Source of the DNA: Negaprion brevirostris
Lineage: Eukaryota
Direction of reading: 5' to 3'
Assembly: GCA_030324005.1 (NCBI GenBank)
Contig: JARDVH010000143.1
Span: 4,429,925 to 4,493,924, forward strand
Length of the DNA stretch: 64,000 nucleotides
Of this stretch, positions 49,959-62,323 are shown piece by piece. The notes under the pieces were generated by a model. It worked only from the letters and a program-made list of their open reading frames with translations. It ran no database searches and was not told the DNA's origin. The stretch's first letter is position 1. Each line of letters starts with the position of its first letter. The position numbers and the translations under genes were made by a program.

Positions 49959-52900
49959 TAGACCCTTGGGTGCAGTAGAATTTCGGGACAAACTAAATAG
50001 AATTGTATTACTTGAATTTCTTGATTTTTCCAATATTTTTAAAAATTAAACTTCCAAGTTTATTTCTAATCAAATTTTATTCATGATTATTTACACTTAA
50101 AAAATTGAAAAGCAGAAGCTAACTGGAAACGTAGGCTGTTGATTTTAATATATAGAGAAATTAAAGTACATTGACACAATTGTTACAGCACAGAAGGTTG
50201 CCATTCAGCCAGCCATGTCTCTACTGGCTCTCCAAACGAGTAATTCACCTGATGCCAATCTCCTAATTTCTCCCTGTAATCCTGCACATAAATTTTTAGT
50301 TCAGTTTTTTTGTCTTGATTGAACTTCTATTGCACACTCAAGCAGTGTGTTGCAGACTCTGACTGCTTGCTGTGTAAAAATGCTTCCTTATTGCCCTTTT
50401 GCTGCTTTGCCAATTAATTTAAATTTTGCTCCCTCATTCTCTCACTTTTCATGAGTGGGAACAGTTTCTCCCCATCTACCCTGGCCAGACTCCTTTTTGA
50501 ATACCTGTATTAAATGTCCTCACTGCCTTCTCTTCTCCAATGAAAACTGCTCCACAAATCTTTTTATACTTGATGTGATGACAAAGCTAAGACCTCGCAT
50601 GGCCCCAAGCTTGCGCTCTCAGCATGTAGACATGGGGGCAGTGTGCCAAGGCCACCCAGACCACTTCTCTAAGCTGAAGTAGTCTGCAAGCATCAGTCTC
50701 CTTGGTTCATGTGTGACTGACCATTGCTAGTGGAACTCCACCCCAATGGAAGTTTCTGCCTTAAGGGGAAAAGGTCACTCAATTGCAGCTGGCTTTTTTA
50801 CATTCAAAACAGTTTCCTTGCTGTAGTACTGTGTTGTTCTGTTCTCGACCCATAGACCATGTTTATGCCTGAGCTCACATACATAACCAGTATCTTCCCT
50901 CCCTTCGTAGTTATGAGATAGTGCTTTATTCACCATTTACAACTGACCCTCAGAGCTTTGATCAAAATCTTGATACTTAGATAAGCTGAGGAGGGATAAT
51001 TAAAATGTCTAATGTGAGTTTTGTGATTGCACTACTATTTTTAAGTGTAGGAGTTTCTCATTCACTGTTGCATATTATCTTTCTTCACAGTTGTCTTATC
51101 CCTAAATGTCAGTACATGCTGTTCACATGAGCTTGTAACTTTGTACGACTTGGTGTGTTGCTGACAAATAGTCTTTTGCCTGCCTTAGATTACAGTTAAA
51201 TTAGAAATGTTGTAACAATCAAAACTACTTGACAAATGGATGTAAATAGTCAAAGTATTGGAAGTTGTTAATATGTAGGGTTGAAGTGGGTGGGTATTCA
51301 GAATTTCTGTTGTATTCCACCAGAATAAAATATAAATGATGCCCAGCCTCATCTTGTACTGTCAAGAGTACCCAAAATGGGCAGCATTCTTTTAGAAGAT
51401 GGATAAGCACAAAAGCATTTTCCCCTTTTTGAATTAACTTCCTTTTGAAAGTAGCTGCAAAAAAAAAAGTTTTATCTGGAATAATGTGTTTGAGCTCATT
51501 CTTAATGCTTGGAAATTGAACCATGTAGATTAATACAACATCCAGCTAAGCACATTGAGAAATGTACAGGTAGAAAAAGGCCAGGTGCTTTTCAGAGGGT
51601 TTGAAAATTTACATTATATTCTGGGAAAAGGTTGGCTCTAAGAGGACTGTAAATCCATCAGAATGTTCAAGCCAGAGTGAAGAGGCGAATGCTTTGATAA
51701 CTGGTGAAAGTAGTTTAAACTCTTTAGTCAACATTCCCATGTATCTTTTAAACTGATCTTGTGATTTGATACTTCTACTTCACTGTACCTAGATCGGGTG
51801 TTTCACTGTAGCTTTGATTCCCATGATATGGAAAATTGATCTGTAAGTTTGTAGTCTTAAGCCAGCCTTTAGGTCAGCTTATGAAGCAGGGATCTTCGGA
51901 AAGTGTGGATTGGAACAATAGNNNNNNNNNNNNNNNNNNNNNNNNNNNNNNNNNNNNNNNNNNNNNNNNNNNNNNNNNNNNNNNNNNNNNNNNNNNNNNN
52001 NNNNNNNNNNNNNNNNNNNNNCTAATAGAAGAGATGCATGAAAAAACGTAGAGCAGGACCCACTGCTTTGAGCATATTGTAAAGCATTACAAAATAAATC
52101 TGTGATACACATGTGAAATGCTGCTATCTGAGATGCATTGCTTCATGTCTGGCCTGGCAAAAGTTGTACAGGATACTGGTGGATCTTGCATTTATAATAG
52201 TACAACATTATTCCTGTACCTTTCTGTTGCCTGGGAAAACAATATTATCTGTGTTGCAGCAGCATTGGTCCAACTGTGTCACAGCAACAATGATTGCACT
52301 TTTTAAGTGATTTGAATTTTTTCAATGTACTTCTAACTGCAGATATTTGTGGTTAATTATAATAAGAAGTCTTCAGTGTTGCATTGTACAAACTAAGCAC
52401 CAAACATAGATTGCTTCTCCAAGGAAAGAAGGAACATTGGCCAACTTTCTCCTTACTATTCCGTATTCAGGCAACCTGATCAAAGATCTTCATTGAATAT
52501 TTGAAGATTAGGGTACACTTAAACTCTTCAAACAAACCTTTTTTATTTTTGGCCACGGTATTGCAATAACACGAAGTAAATGTTACCTAATGTTCTTTCA
52601 GTAAAGTTCTGGTGTGGTACTGAATAAGTTGAGGCGGAATAGCATACAACTCGGTCACTTTTTGCTTGTGTTCCTTTGTCCTTTAGAAGTAAGGGGAAAG
52701 AGGGGACAAATTGTTTACTTTATGGTTAAATTTGCTACAACCATCTTGCCTTTCAAAGGCCCTAATGTTGACCTTGCATTGTGTTCATATGTTCCTATGT
52801 TTAGCTTTTTTATACTGTGATCTTATTTTGAAGTGAACTTGCAACTTAGATAACTGATATGCATCTGACTTGGCATTTATAAAGTGCTGCAGTAGTCATT

Positions 52901-54895
52901 TGTGTGAAATCTGTTCAAGATTATCAACTTCAGTATTGAGTTGGTCTGCTAGTTCCAGATGACCAAGCACCGGTCACATGCAGATACAAATTAATGTATT
53001 TATTGGTCTGTAATTGGCAGTGTCCCAAGAGATTTTGTGTAAAAGATGTACATTTTGTCTTGTATTTCTCAACATGGAGTCCTCGGAATCAAAGTTGAAA
53101 AGCAACAGGTTTTCGGCAGAGCTTAACTGAAGAGATTTCCTGTTGTGTGCACGAAGTGTTCACAGTACTTCAATAAGCACACCACCATTACAAAATAGCA
53201 TCCTTTTATTGTATACCCATGTCTGCTGTTTCTTTGTCAGTGTGTGTACTCCTTGCTGTTATCATCCATTCTGGCGATGGTCTCTGTTCTTTTTCATGCT
53301 GTTTATATCATTGCCACACTAATGACAAAAGTTGTATGCAAGAGCACTCTCAGATTTTAATCATTATTACAAGTGATGAAAAGACTCAGTAGATTTCCAT
53401 GGAGCTTTGATCATTGCTTTCCTGTGGACTGTAAACAGCCGAGCAATCCAATTCCTCCCTCTCTCCTTGCCTTACTATTCCACTTTCTTTAGAAGTCTTG
53501 TGTGTTGAACCTTCTGAAAATAATTCACTGGCTAGCCTTCAGGTTCTGGTTGAGTTACTGCCTTGATAGAATTCTAGCAGATAGGTGATGCATGATCCAC
53601 TGCTTCTGTTGATGGGTCTTCTCTTGTACATGATCAGTCGGAGGCAGTAACTGGCATCGTGCAAGATGCTCTGATGTATTTTTTCACTAAAACTTTGGGA
53701 TAAATTAACCTCAATTTATAAGCATCATTCTGTTATTTTAAATGNNNNNNNNNNNNNNNNNNNNNNNNNNNNNNNNNNNNNNNNNNNNNNNNNNNNNNNN
53801 NNNNNNNNNNNNNNNNNNNNNNNNNNNNNNNNNNNNNNNNNNNNAGCAGTAACATTGATACAACAACAGTGCCAGGAAATGGCCATCACTAACTAGAGAG
53901 AATCTAACCACCTTCAGTGTTCAATCCCTTCACAATTGATGCACAGTGGCAGCAGAAGAAGATGAATTGCAGTAATTATTCAAGGCTGTTTGGTAGCACC
54001 TTCTAAACCCATGAACTCTTTTCCTTTGAAGGACAAGGACAGCAGACCACCACCTGCAAGCTTCCCTCCAAGTCTCTCACCATCCTGTAACTTAATCACC
54101 TTCGTCTGCTGCCACTCAAAATCCGCTATCTCCATTCCAACAAGTGTAGCTGCACCATATGGAATGCAGTGGCCCAGCATCGTTTTCCTGGGGGCAGTTA
54201 GGGATGGGCAACAAATGTGATACATCCTGTGATACACACATCCCCTTAAAAATAAAACAGTAATTATTCTGAAATGCAGCTCTTAGCACAAACTCTATTT
54301 TGAGGTTTTCTAGGGCGTATCCCATCTTGCTGTAGCATTTGACATTTGTCTTTCGTAAATGTGATTTCCGAACAAAGTGTTTTTTTGTTATTTGATTATA
54401 ACTGCTTTATATTTGAATGTTGATGTTCTGTCCTTCAGTCTTGTTAACTGCCTGAATTACTCCAGTGTGCTGTGGCTTGTTTAGCATATGCANNNNNNNN
54501 NNNNNNNNNNNNNNNNNNNNNNNNNNNNNNNNNNNNNNNNNNNNNNNNNNNNNNNNNNNNNNNNNNNNNNNNNNNNNNNNNNNNNNNNNNNNNNNNNNNN
54601 NNNNNNNNNNNNNNNNNNNNNNNNNNNNNNNNNNNNNNNNNNNNNNNNNNNNNNNNNNNNNNNNNNNNNNNNNNNNNNNNNNNNNNNNNNNNNNNNNNNN
54701 NNNNNNNNNNNNNNNNNNNNNNNNNNNNNNNNNNNNNNNNNNNNNNNNNNNNNNNNNNNNNNNNNNNNNNNNNNNNNNNNNNNNNNNNNNNNNNNNNNNN
54801 NNNNNNNNNNAGAAAGCAGCCTATGGTCCTCTGGGACTGTTGTGACTTGGGGGTGGGGGGGGTGGAAGACAGACTTGATCACTCCTTTTAAGTGG

Positions 54896-55159
54896 TTTAA
54901 AGTTTCTTTATTTGGGTCATAAATAGGCTTACATTTCACAGTAACTTCGTTAGTGGTAAAATTCCCTAGTCGCTACATTTTGACTCCTGTTCAGGTACAC
55001 AGAATTTACCATGGCCAGTGCACCATTTGGACTGGGAAGTAAACCGAGGCACCCGGAGGAAACCCACGCAGACACGGACAGCGTGCAGACTCTGCGCAGT
55101 GACTCAAACCAGGGTCCCTGATGCTGAGAGGCAGCAGTGCTAACCACTGTGCCACCATG
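54896..55159 (-). mobile_element. HE1/V-SINE-type SINE, tail B
   Basis: GGCAGCAGTGCTAACCACTGTGCCACC is the antisense head and GCACCCGGAGGAAACCCACGCAGACACGG the antisense core. Confidence 0.88.
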
Positions 55160-55164
55160 TTAGT

Positions 55165-55425
55165 GTTGATTGAAAGGCCAATATTGATCTGGACACTGGG
55201 ATAACTCTCCAGCTTTTAACATTGTGCAGAAAGAGATTTTATGTCCACTTTGGAAACACTGGCAGGGCTTGGTCAAGCATCTCATTCAAAAGGTACCAAC
55301 TTCTCAGTGCAATGCTTTCTCAACACTTGACCAGCGTCAGCCTAGATTTTGTGCTCACGTCTCTGGAATGGAGCTTGAACTCCTAACGTTTTGATTTGGA
55401 GAGTGCTACCTGCCGAGCCACAGCT
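55165..55425 (-). mobile_element. Deu-SINE-like element
   Basis: GTCAGCCTAGATTTTGTGCTCACGTCTCTGGAATGGAGCTTGAAC..GAGAGTGCTACCTGCCGAGCCACAGCTGA is the antisense tRNA-like head. Confidence 0.7.
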
Positions 55426-56699
55426 GATGCTGCTTCCTGCCTGACAGTTTGTTTTTCTTCCTCCCCACCCCTTGAAATGATAAAGGGTGACTGCAAATGC
55501 TTTAAACATCAATGTGCATCTATCCGTGCATTTCTGAAGTGTGAATGAATGCATTGTCTGTAATGCTTGGGCCTGTGAATTTCCTCATCAGTGTACTTGG
55601 GACCATACAAGTTGTGTAAAATAAAGGAAGCATGTTGGATTCCAAACAATCCTAGAGGAATCTGAAGAATTCACAAGCCCCTGCACTGATTTCTGTGTAG
55701 CATTGTTGATGATCAAGTGCATGCCACAACGGTTTGAGCTGGCATGCTAAGAAGCTTGTGCTGTAAGTTCCTTTCTGCTTTCCCGGTTTTGGATTTAAAC
55801 CCTGTGAAGTATAAACCTCGCTCTTGTCTGGAGACCTTGCAAGAAGCTCACTACTTTTCAAAATGCTTTTGTGGTGAGAAGTGAATGGGCTGTTCTGTCT
55901 GCTGTAATGGGTCAAATCTGTGATTCCTTTCTAGAAATCTATTCAGCAGTCTAATTTAGGAACGCTCTTCAAATGAAGGGAAATAGCTTTGCAGATTGTT
56001 TTGATTTTAGAATCTAATTTAAACAAAGTTGCCAGAGTTTAACGCTGCATTGGAAACATTTTGAGGGTGTTAATTCCCCAGGAGTTACACTTCTGTTTCT
56101 GTGAAGTGTTAATGAAAGCCTCATACCAAAATTCATGTGAAAAATCTACAGTAAACAGGACAGAATGGGAATTTGAGATGAATGTCTCAAAGGAAATGGT
56201 TCTTATTTTGATACTTTTGTCGGCAATTGACCCGGAGGGGGAGCGGCTGTGGGCTCTGGTATTCTGTGATTGCGTCGTGCTTTGGTGCTGATACTCCACT
56301 GTTGGCATCTGCCTTTTGTGGGCTGTTTGTACAAACTCCGTTTCTGCTTTTTAATCTTCTGGAATGTCTGCATTATTGTGGGCTGCAAAACAAACTCCCC
56401 TCTATCACGTTCATCTATCCCTTCAAACTGTAATTAATACAAAATGATGATATTTTACTGACAACCATTTAGCTCTTAGACTGAATGAAAAAAAAAACCA
56501 TCATCAAGTTATGAGCCGAATTTCACAAACTTACACGTATAATANNNNNNNNNNCACTTGTGTATTCCAAATGTGGCTCGCTCACCATTTAAGATGTTGA
56601 CTGATTCCTTGTAATGGAATTCCGCTTGTTCTAAGTTGTTTCAAAACTACAGAATGCCATATGTATTGGGAAAACGAGTTCAAACTGACCAAGTTCAGA

Positions 56700-57230
56700 G
56701 TTGGTTTTTTTATTGTCACGTATTAAATACAGTGAAAAGTATTGTTTCTCTCTGCTATACAGACAAAACATACTGTTCATAGAGNNNNNNNNNNNNNNNN
56801 NNNNNNNNNNNNNNNNNNNNNNNNNNNNNNNNNNNNNNNNNNNNNNNNNNNNNNNNNNNNNNNNNNNNNNNNNNNNNNNNNNNNAGTGAAAAGTATTGTT
56901 TCTCTCTGCTATACAGACAAAACATACTGTTCATAGAGAAAAGGAGTGAGTGCAGAATAGTGTTATAGTCATAGCTAGGGTGTAGAGAATGATCAACTTA
57001 ATGCAAGGTAAATCCATTCAAAAGTCTGAGCAGCAGGGAAGAAGCTGTTCTTTAATCAGTTGGTATGTGAACTCATTTGTATCTTTTTCACGATCAGACG
57101 TAGCTGGAAGAATGCCCTGGGTGCACGAGGTCCTTTTAAGTATGCTGGCTGTTTTTCCAAGGCAGCAGGAAGTGTAGACAGAGCCAATGAATGGGATGCT
57201 GGTTTGCATGATGAATTTGGCTGCATTTGC
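56700..57230 (-). mobile_element. Rex1/Babar-type LINE 3' end (same family as 24236 and 15290-15430)
   Basis: TTTATTGTCAC..ATACAGTGAAAAGTATTGTTTCT..GCTATACAGACAAA antisense tail, also seen at ~15292 and ~24247. Confidence 0.75.
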
Positions 57231-60200
57231 AAGGGGTTAGAATGATATTGGTATATGGTTACTAATTCAAGGTATTTAACATTTGGGTATCATAGAATCC
57301 CTACAGTATAGAAGGAGACCAGTCAGCCCATTGAGTCTGTATCCACTCTTTGATAGAGCAGTCTTGCTATAATTATACAAGGCACTAGCTAGGCCACACC
57401 TGGAATGCTGATCAGTTTTGGTCCCCATATCCAAGGATATGGCATTGGAGGTAGCTTGGGAAAGGTGGTGCCATGAATAACGCTAACAACACAGCAGCTC
57501 CTGAACACTTTTATGCTGGAGTTTGAGTCTAGAAAATGCATTGAGGTCTATCATGAATTTGGAATCCAAAGCCTGAGTTAGAAGAGCTACTTCCATTGAA
57601 TACTATTCCAGTGTGGAGGGTAGCAGAAACTTTATTATTGTGGGCAAGATATATTTGGCATTGCTAGTCTTGACTGTAGATTTTGGAAGCTTTATAAAAT
57701 TGATTTTGATAAGGTTAGCCCCATGAGCTGAATTTGCTAGCATTTGTGTAGGTTTCTTAGTGCTGCTGCAGGAATTTGTGGTGGTGTTTGCTTTTGTTTC
57801 CATTGCAGGTGCCATTTTCTCAAATGTTTGATCATAATGAATAGGGTCTTGCTTTCGAGACCTTTTTGGACTATGTACTTGGTAATTTGGTTTCAGGCGT
57901 GTATTGATTGTTCTGTTGCATGTATGTGTTATATAAGTTCATAAAACCATGAACAAAGATTCAACTTGCATCTCAGATTTTAACATGTTACTGGGTAAAA
58001 TTCATTGACCCTGTTTTTGCATCCGACTGCAATACTTCCAGCATCCAGTGGTGAGTGCAGAGTTGATTTTTCCATTTCCAAATTGNNNNNNNNNNACCCA
58101 CAATTCACAGGTGTTCTAAGGTATAGAATCACAATTGTTACAGCACACAGTGGGTCCATTTGGCCCATTGTCTGCATTGGCACTCCAAATGACCAATCCA
58201 TTAGTGCCATTCCCCCACCTTTTTCCCTGTAACCCTGCACATCCTTTCTTTTCAGATAATCCAAGTTCCTCTTGAAAGCCTCTTCTGAATCTGCCTCCAC
58301 TGTGTGCACAGGCAGCATGTTCCAGATTTTAATTACTTAACCACTTGTTAACTGACATAACAACATTAGCATATTATAACGTTCAAAAAAACCCACCAGG
58401 AATGTGAACCATACCTTGGAGGGTATTGGCATTAACATTGAGTTCATGCAGCATCAACAACAGAACCTATTTTTAAGTGTTATGTCCCAAGGCACTTCAT
58501 AGACATTGCAGAAACAAAATATGGTGTGACCCACATGAGTAGGTAATGGTTCAGATGAATAAATGCTTGGTCAGAAGGGTTTAAAGGATAGGCCTAGAGG
58601 TAAGCATGGTAGAAACAGAAGGAAGGAAGGAATTTCAGAGCTTGGGCCTGAGACAGATGAAGACATAACTACCAGTGGCTGGGCTGAGTTGACTAAACAT
58701 CTAATGACTGCTGATGTCATGCCATACTGTTTTAACTACACAAGTAGATGTACTCCTGCCATTTTGTAAAATCATTTTGGAATGGTCACAGCCCATCGTG
58801 TTTGTGCTGGGTCGGAGATGACCGACACGACGACCACCACCCCCCCACCCCCCACCAAGTTAATCCCATTCCCCTCTCTGGTTGTAGCCCTCCCAATAAT
58901 CTGCCTGAAATTGAGGCTGAGAATCATGTTGGGTCTTACACTGGTCTTAGTGCAATGTGTTGACTGCTTTTCTTGAGTGGTGTTAAAATGATCTTTGTAG
59001 AAACTTGCAGCTATGGAAGACTTGAAAATTGAGTTTGTGAAGGCAGGTTTTGAATAAAAAAAATTAATATTGAAACTTTGATCAAATGGTACGATTAAGA
59101 AATAAGTCAAAGATACCAATTTTATATTCAGTCCACAAGCAATACAAGTTATTTTAGAGTTGATGTACACTTTTTAGTATCAGATGTAAATTATTGTAAT
59201 TTGATTGTGCAGTCCTGATGGGTGCAAAGCAGGCACTATTTATCTTTTAGTTTGAGCTATGCTGCTTAACATTGTTACAACATAGTCCACACCATTTATT
59301 CCAAATACAGTAAGATGTCGCAGTCTCACACCATATGTGGGCATGCACGAAGATTTCAGCTTAATGTGTATGTCTTTGCGCAACATGTCATTGCTCAGTG
59401 CATACAGACCTTTGCAATAATTCTGTTTAAAAAGCTTTTCTGCTGGATTGGAAGTGCATTACTCCGGTATGACACAACACAGTAAAGAGATAAGACCATG
59501 CTGAAGTTTGCTGGTATTGAACCGCATTTACACTAGAAATGGACCTCTGCCCCCTCTTGCTACATTTTTACCCCACACACCAAAAATCTTAAATTTCTGC
59601 AGTGGTGGGGAGCTAGTTTGCCAGTGATATTGCACGCTTGCACGAGTATTAAAGCCTGAAGCTCGGAATACTGTGTGGTTGGAATACCGTGTGCGTGCCT
59701 GGGTCTTTAAACTAGTTACGCTGAAGTTAGAACTGCTTTTGTTCATTGTAACTCTTTCAGAGTAGCATCTAGAGCAGCACAGTCGTCCAGGGGGAGTTAG
59801 CCTTCCTGGCAATTGCTGGGTAAACCCTTACCTGTGAACTTCCAAGAGGGAATTCCCATACCACCCAAATCCAGTGCTGGGGAACCAAGAAGTTGCAGGC
59901 CTAATATATTTAGATTGTTTCATTGTCTTAAATTCCAATAGATGTAGGCTTAACCTTTCCTCATAGAATAACCCCTTTAACCCCAGGAATAGTCGCATGA
60001 ACCTTCCCTGACCTTCTAATGTAATTGTGTCATTCTTTGGTAAGGTGACCAAAACTGCAGTACTGCAGCGGTAATAAATCTTTCCAATGGACAAGTATTG
60101 CAGTTTGACACAAACGGCATCCAAATAAATGTGTCTTAGTTCTTAAATATTGTGGAATATTTAATCCCTTTTTAGATGAGTCCACGTGGGTGGAGGTTAG

Positions 60201-60679
60201 AAATAGCAAATGGAAGAAAACATTGGGAGTTATCTATAGGACCTCTTAACAATAGCTACACTGTGGGACAGAATAAATCAGGAGATAATGAGGGCATGTC
60301 AAAAAAAAGCAATACATTAATCATGCGTGACTTTAATCTTCCTTTGAGATAATCAAATTGGCACAGGTAGCCATGAAGAAAAGTTCATAGTATATTCAGG
60401 ACAGTTTCCATAAGGCAATATGTTGTGGATCCAACCAGGGATCAGACTGCTTTGGATCTGGTAACGTGGCAGGTTTAGTTAACAATCTGAGTAAAAGATC
60501 CCCTTGGAAACAGTGACCGTAACATGGTAGAATTTAGTCTTCAGTTTGAGAGTGAGAAACTNNNNNNNNNNNNNNNNNNNNNNNNNAAGGTTAACGACAG
60601 ACGAATGAGGACAGTTGGCTGGAGTGGACTGGGAAAGGAATTTGGTAGAAAAGACGGTCGATTAGCAATTACAATCTTT

Positions 60680-61110
60680 TAGTGCAGAGTGAATGATCCA
60701 TCTCAGCCTCCTCTGGAGGTCCTTAACATCATAGATGTCAGTCTTCAACCAATTTGATTAGTGATACTAAAAACAGCTGAAGATATGGACCCTCAATATT
60801 CTAGCAATAGTCCTGAAGACTTGTGCTTCAGAAATTGCCACACCAAGCTATTCCAGTACAGCTATAACACCGACATCTACCTGGCAATGTGGAAAATTGC
60901 CCAGATGTGTCCTGTACACAAGAAATTGGACACATCTAATCTGGCCAATTACCACCCCATCAGTCTACTCTTCAATCATCAGCAAAGTGATCAGTTTGGG
61001 GTTCCTGACCTCATTACAATCTTGGTTCAATCATGAAGAAAAGAGCCAAATGTCAAAAGTGAGGTGAGAATGACTACCCTCGATCAAGGCAGCATTTGAC
61101 TGAGTATGGT
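60680..61110 (+). mobile_element. CR1/L2-group LINE RT fragment nested in the CR1
   Basis: KLFQYSYNTDIYLAMWKIAQMCPVHKKLDTSNLANYHPISLL, the same family as 1124-1387. Confidence 0.8.
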
Positions 61111-61796
61111 AAACGGAAGGGAATTAGCAAGCAATATAAAATGGGCATAAGAGCTTTCTTAGGAAGAGAGCAAAGTGAACATAAGCCTCTTGTAGAATGA
61201 GATTAAGAAAGAAATAATGGGGAATCAGGAAATGGAAAAGGAGTTAAGTACTCTGCATCAGTCTTCTCAGTAGAAGACACTAAAGCATTCTAAAAACACT
61301 AAATCAAGGAGCAAAAAGGTGGTTAGCAAATAAATATGATAGCTATCGCTAGAGAGACTGATGGGGCTGAAGGCTGATAGGATGCACTCNNNNNNNNNNA
61401 TTAAAGAAATTAACTACAGGGGTTGCAGGTGCATTGGTGATGATCTGCCAAGAACTGTAAATTTTGGAAAATTGCCAAAATTGCCTTATTCAGAAAGGGA
61501 GGGAGGCAAAAACAACTAAAGACCAAGTTGGCTTAACTTATGTCATGGGAAAGTGATTAAGAATCCATTATAAAGGATATAGTAGCAGAGCAGTTAGAAT
61601 AATATAATCAAGCAAAGTCAGCATGACTTCATGAAGGTGAAATCTTGCTTGACAAATTCATTAGAATTTTTTGAGGTAAAAAGCAGGCTAGACATAGGGG
61701 AACCAGTAGATGGATATACTTGGATTTCCAAAAGGTGATCAATAAGGTATTGCACAAAAGGCTAAAGAGCCCATTTAGTNNNNNNNNNNNNNNNNN

Positions 61797-62013
61797 TGGA
61801 GTTTGCACATTCTCCTCATGTCTGTGTGGGTTTCCTCCCACAGTCCAAAGATGTGTGGGTTAGGTTGATTGGCCATGCTAAGAAATTGCAATGTCCAGGG
61901 ATTAGTGAGTATAATATGTAGGGATACGGGAGTAGGGCCTGGGTGGGATTGTGTTCGGTGCAGACTGATGGGCCGAATGGCCTCTTTCTACACTGTGTGG
62001 GGCTCTATGGTTC
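61797..62013 (+). mobile_element. HE1/V-SINE-type SINE, tail A (head lost at N gap)
   Basis: TGGAGTTTGCACATTCTCC core and GATGGGCCGAATGGCCTC tail. Confidence 0.85.
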
Positions 62014-62039
62014 TAATTAGCATGGTTCATAGACTAGAT

Positions 62040-62323
62040 CATAGAATCTCCAGTGCAGAAAGAGGCCATTTGGTCCATTTGAGCCTGCACCAACAACAGT
62101 CTCACCCAAGCCCTGTCCTATCTGTGCAACCCCACCTATTTGCCTCATAATCCCTCTGACATTAAGGGACAATTTATCATGGCCAATCAACTTAAACCAC
62201 TTATGTTTGGACTGTGGGAGGAAACTGGAGCATCTGGAGGAAACCCACGCAGACAGTCACCCAAGACTGCAGTTGAACCCGAGTCCCTGTCACTGAGGCA
62301 GTAGTACTTGCCACTGTGCAGCC
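62040..62323 (-). mobile_element. HE1/V-SINE-type SINE, tail A
   Basis: CATAGAATC..CAGTGCAGAAAGAGGCCATTTGG antisense tail and TTTGGACTGTGGGAGGAAAC antisense core. Confidence 0.85.

Noticed and set aside
54207-54221. GGC AAC AAA TGT GAT = GNKCD, resembling the missing Rap1 G4 motif
   Set aside because: It is the LINE 3' tail (AGGGATGGGCAATAAATG family). The flanking codons do not match VPMILV or LEDER, and there is no acceptor.
56730-56936. Direct repeat AGTGAAAAGTATTGTTTCTCT..CATAGAG
   Set aside because: It flanks a 100-N gap and differs only in CT count, so it is a scaffolding or haplotype artifact.
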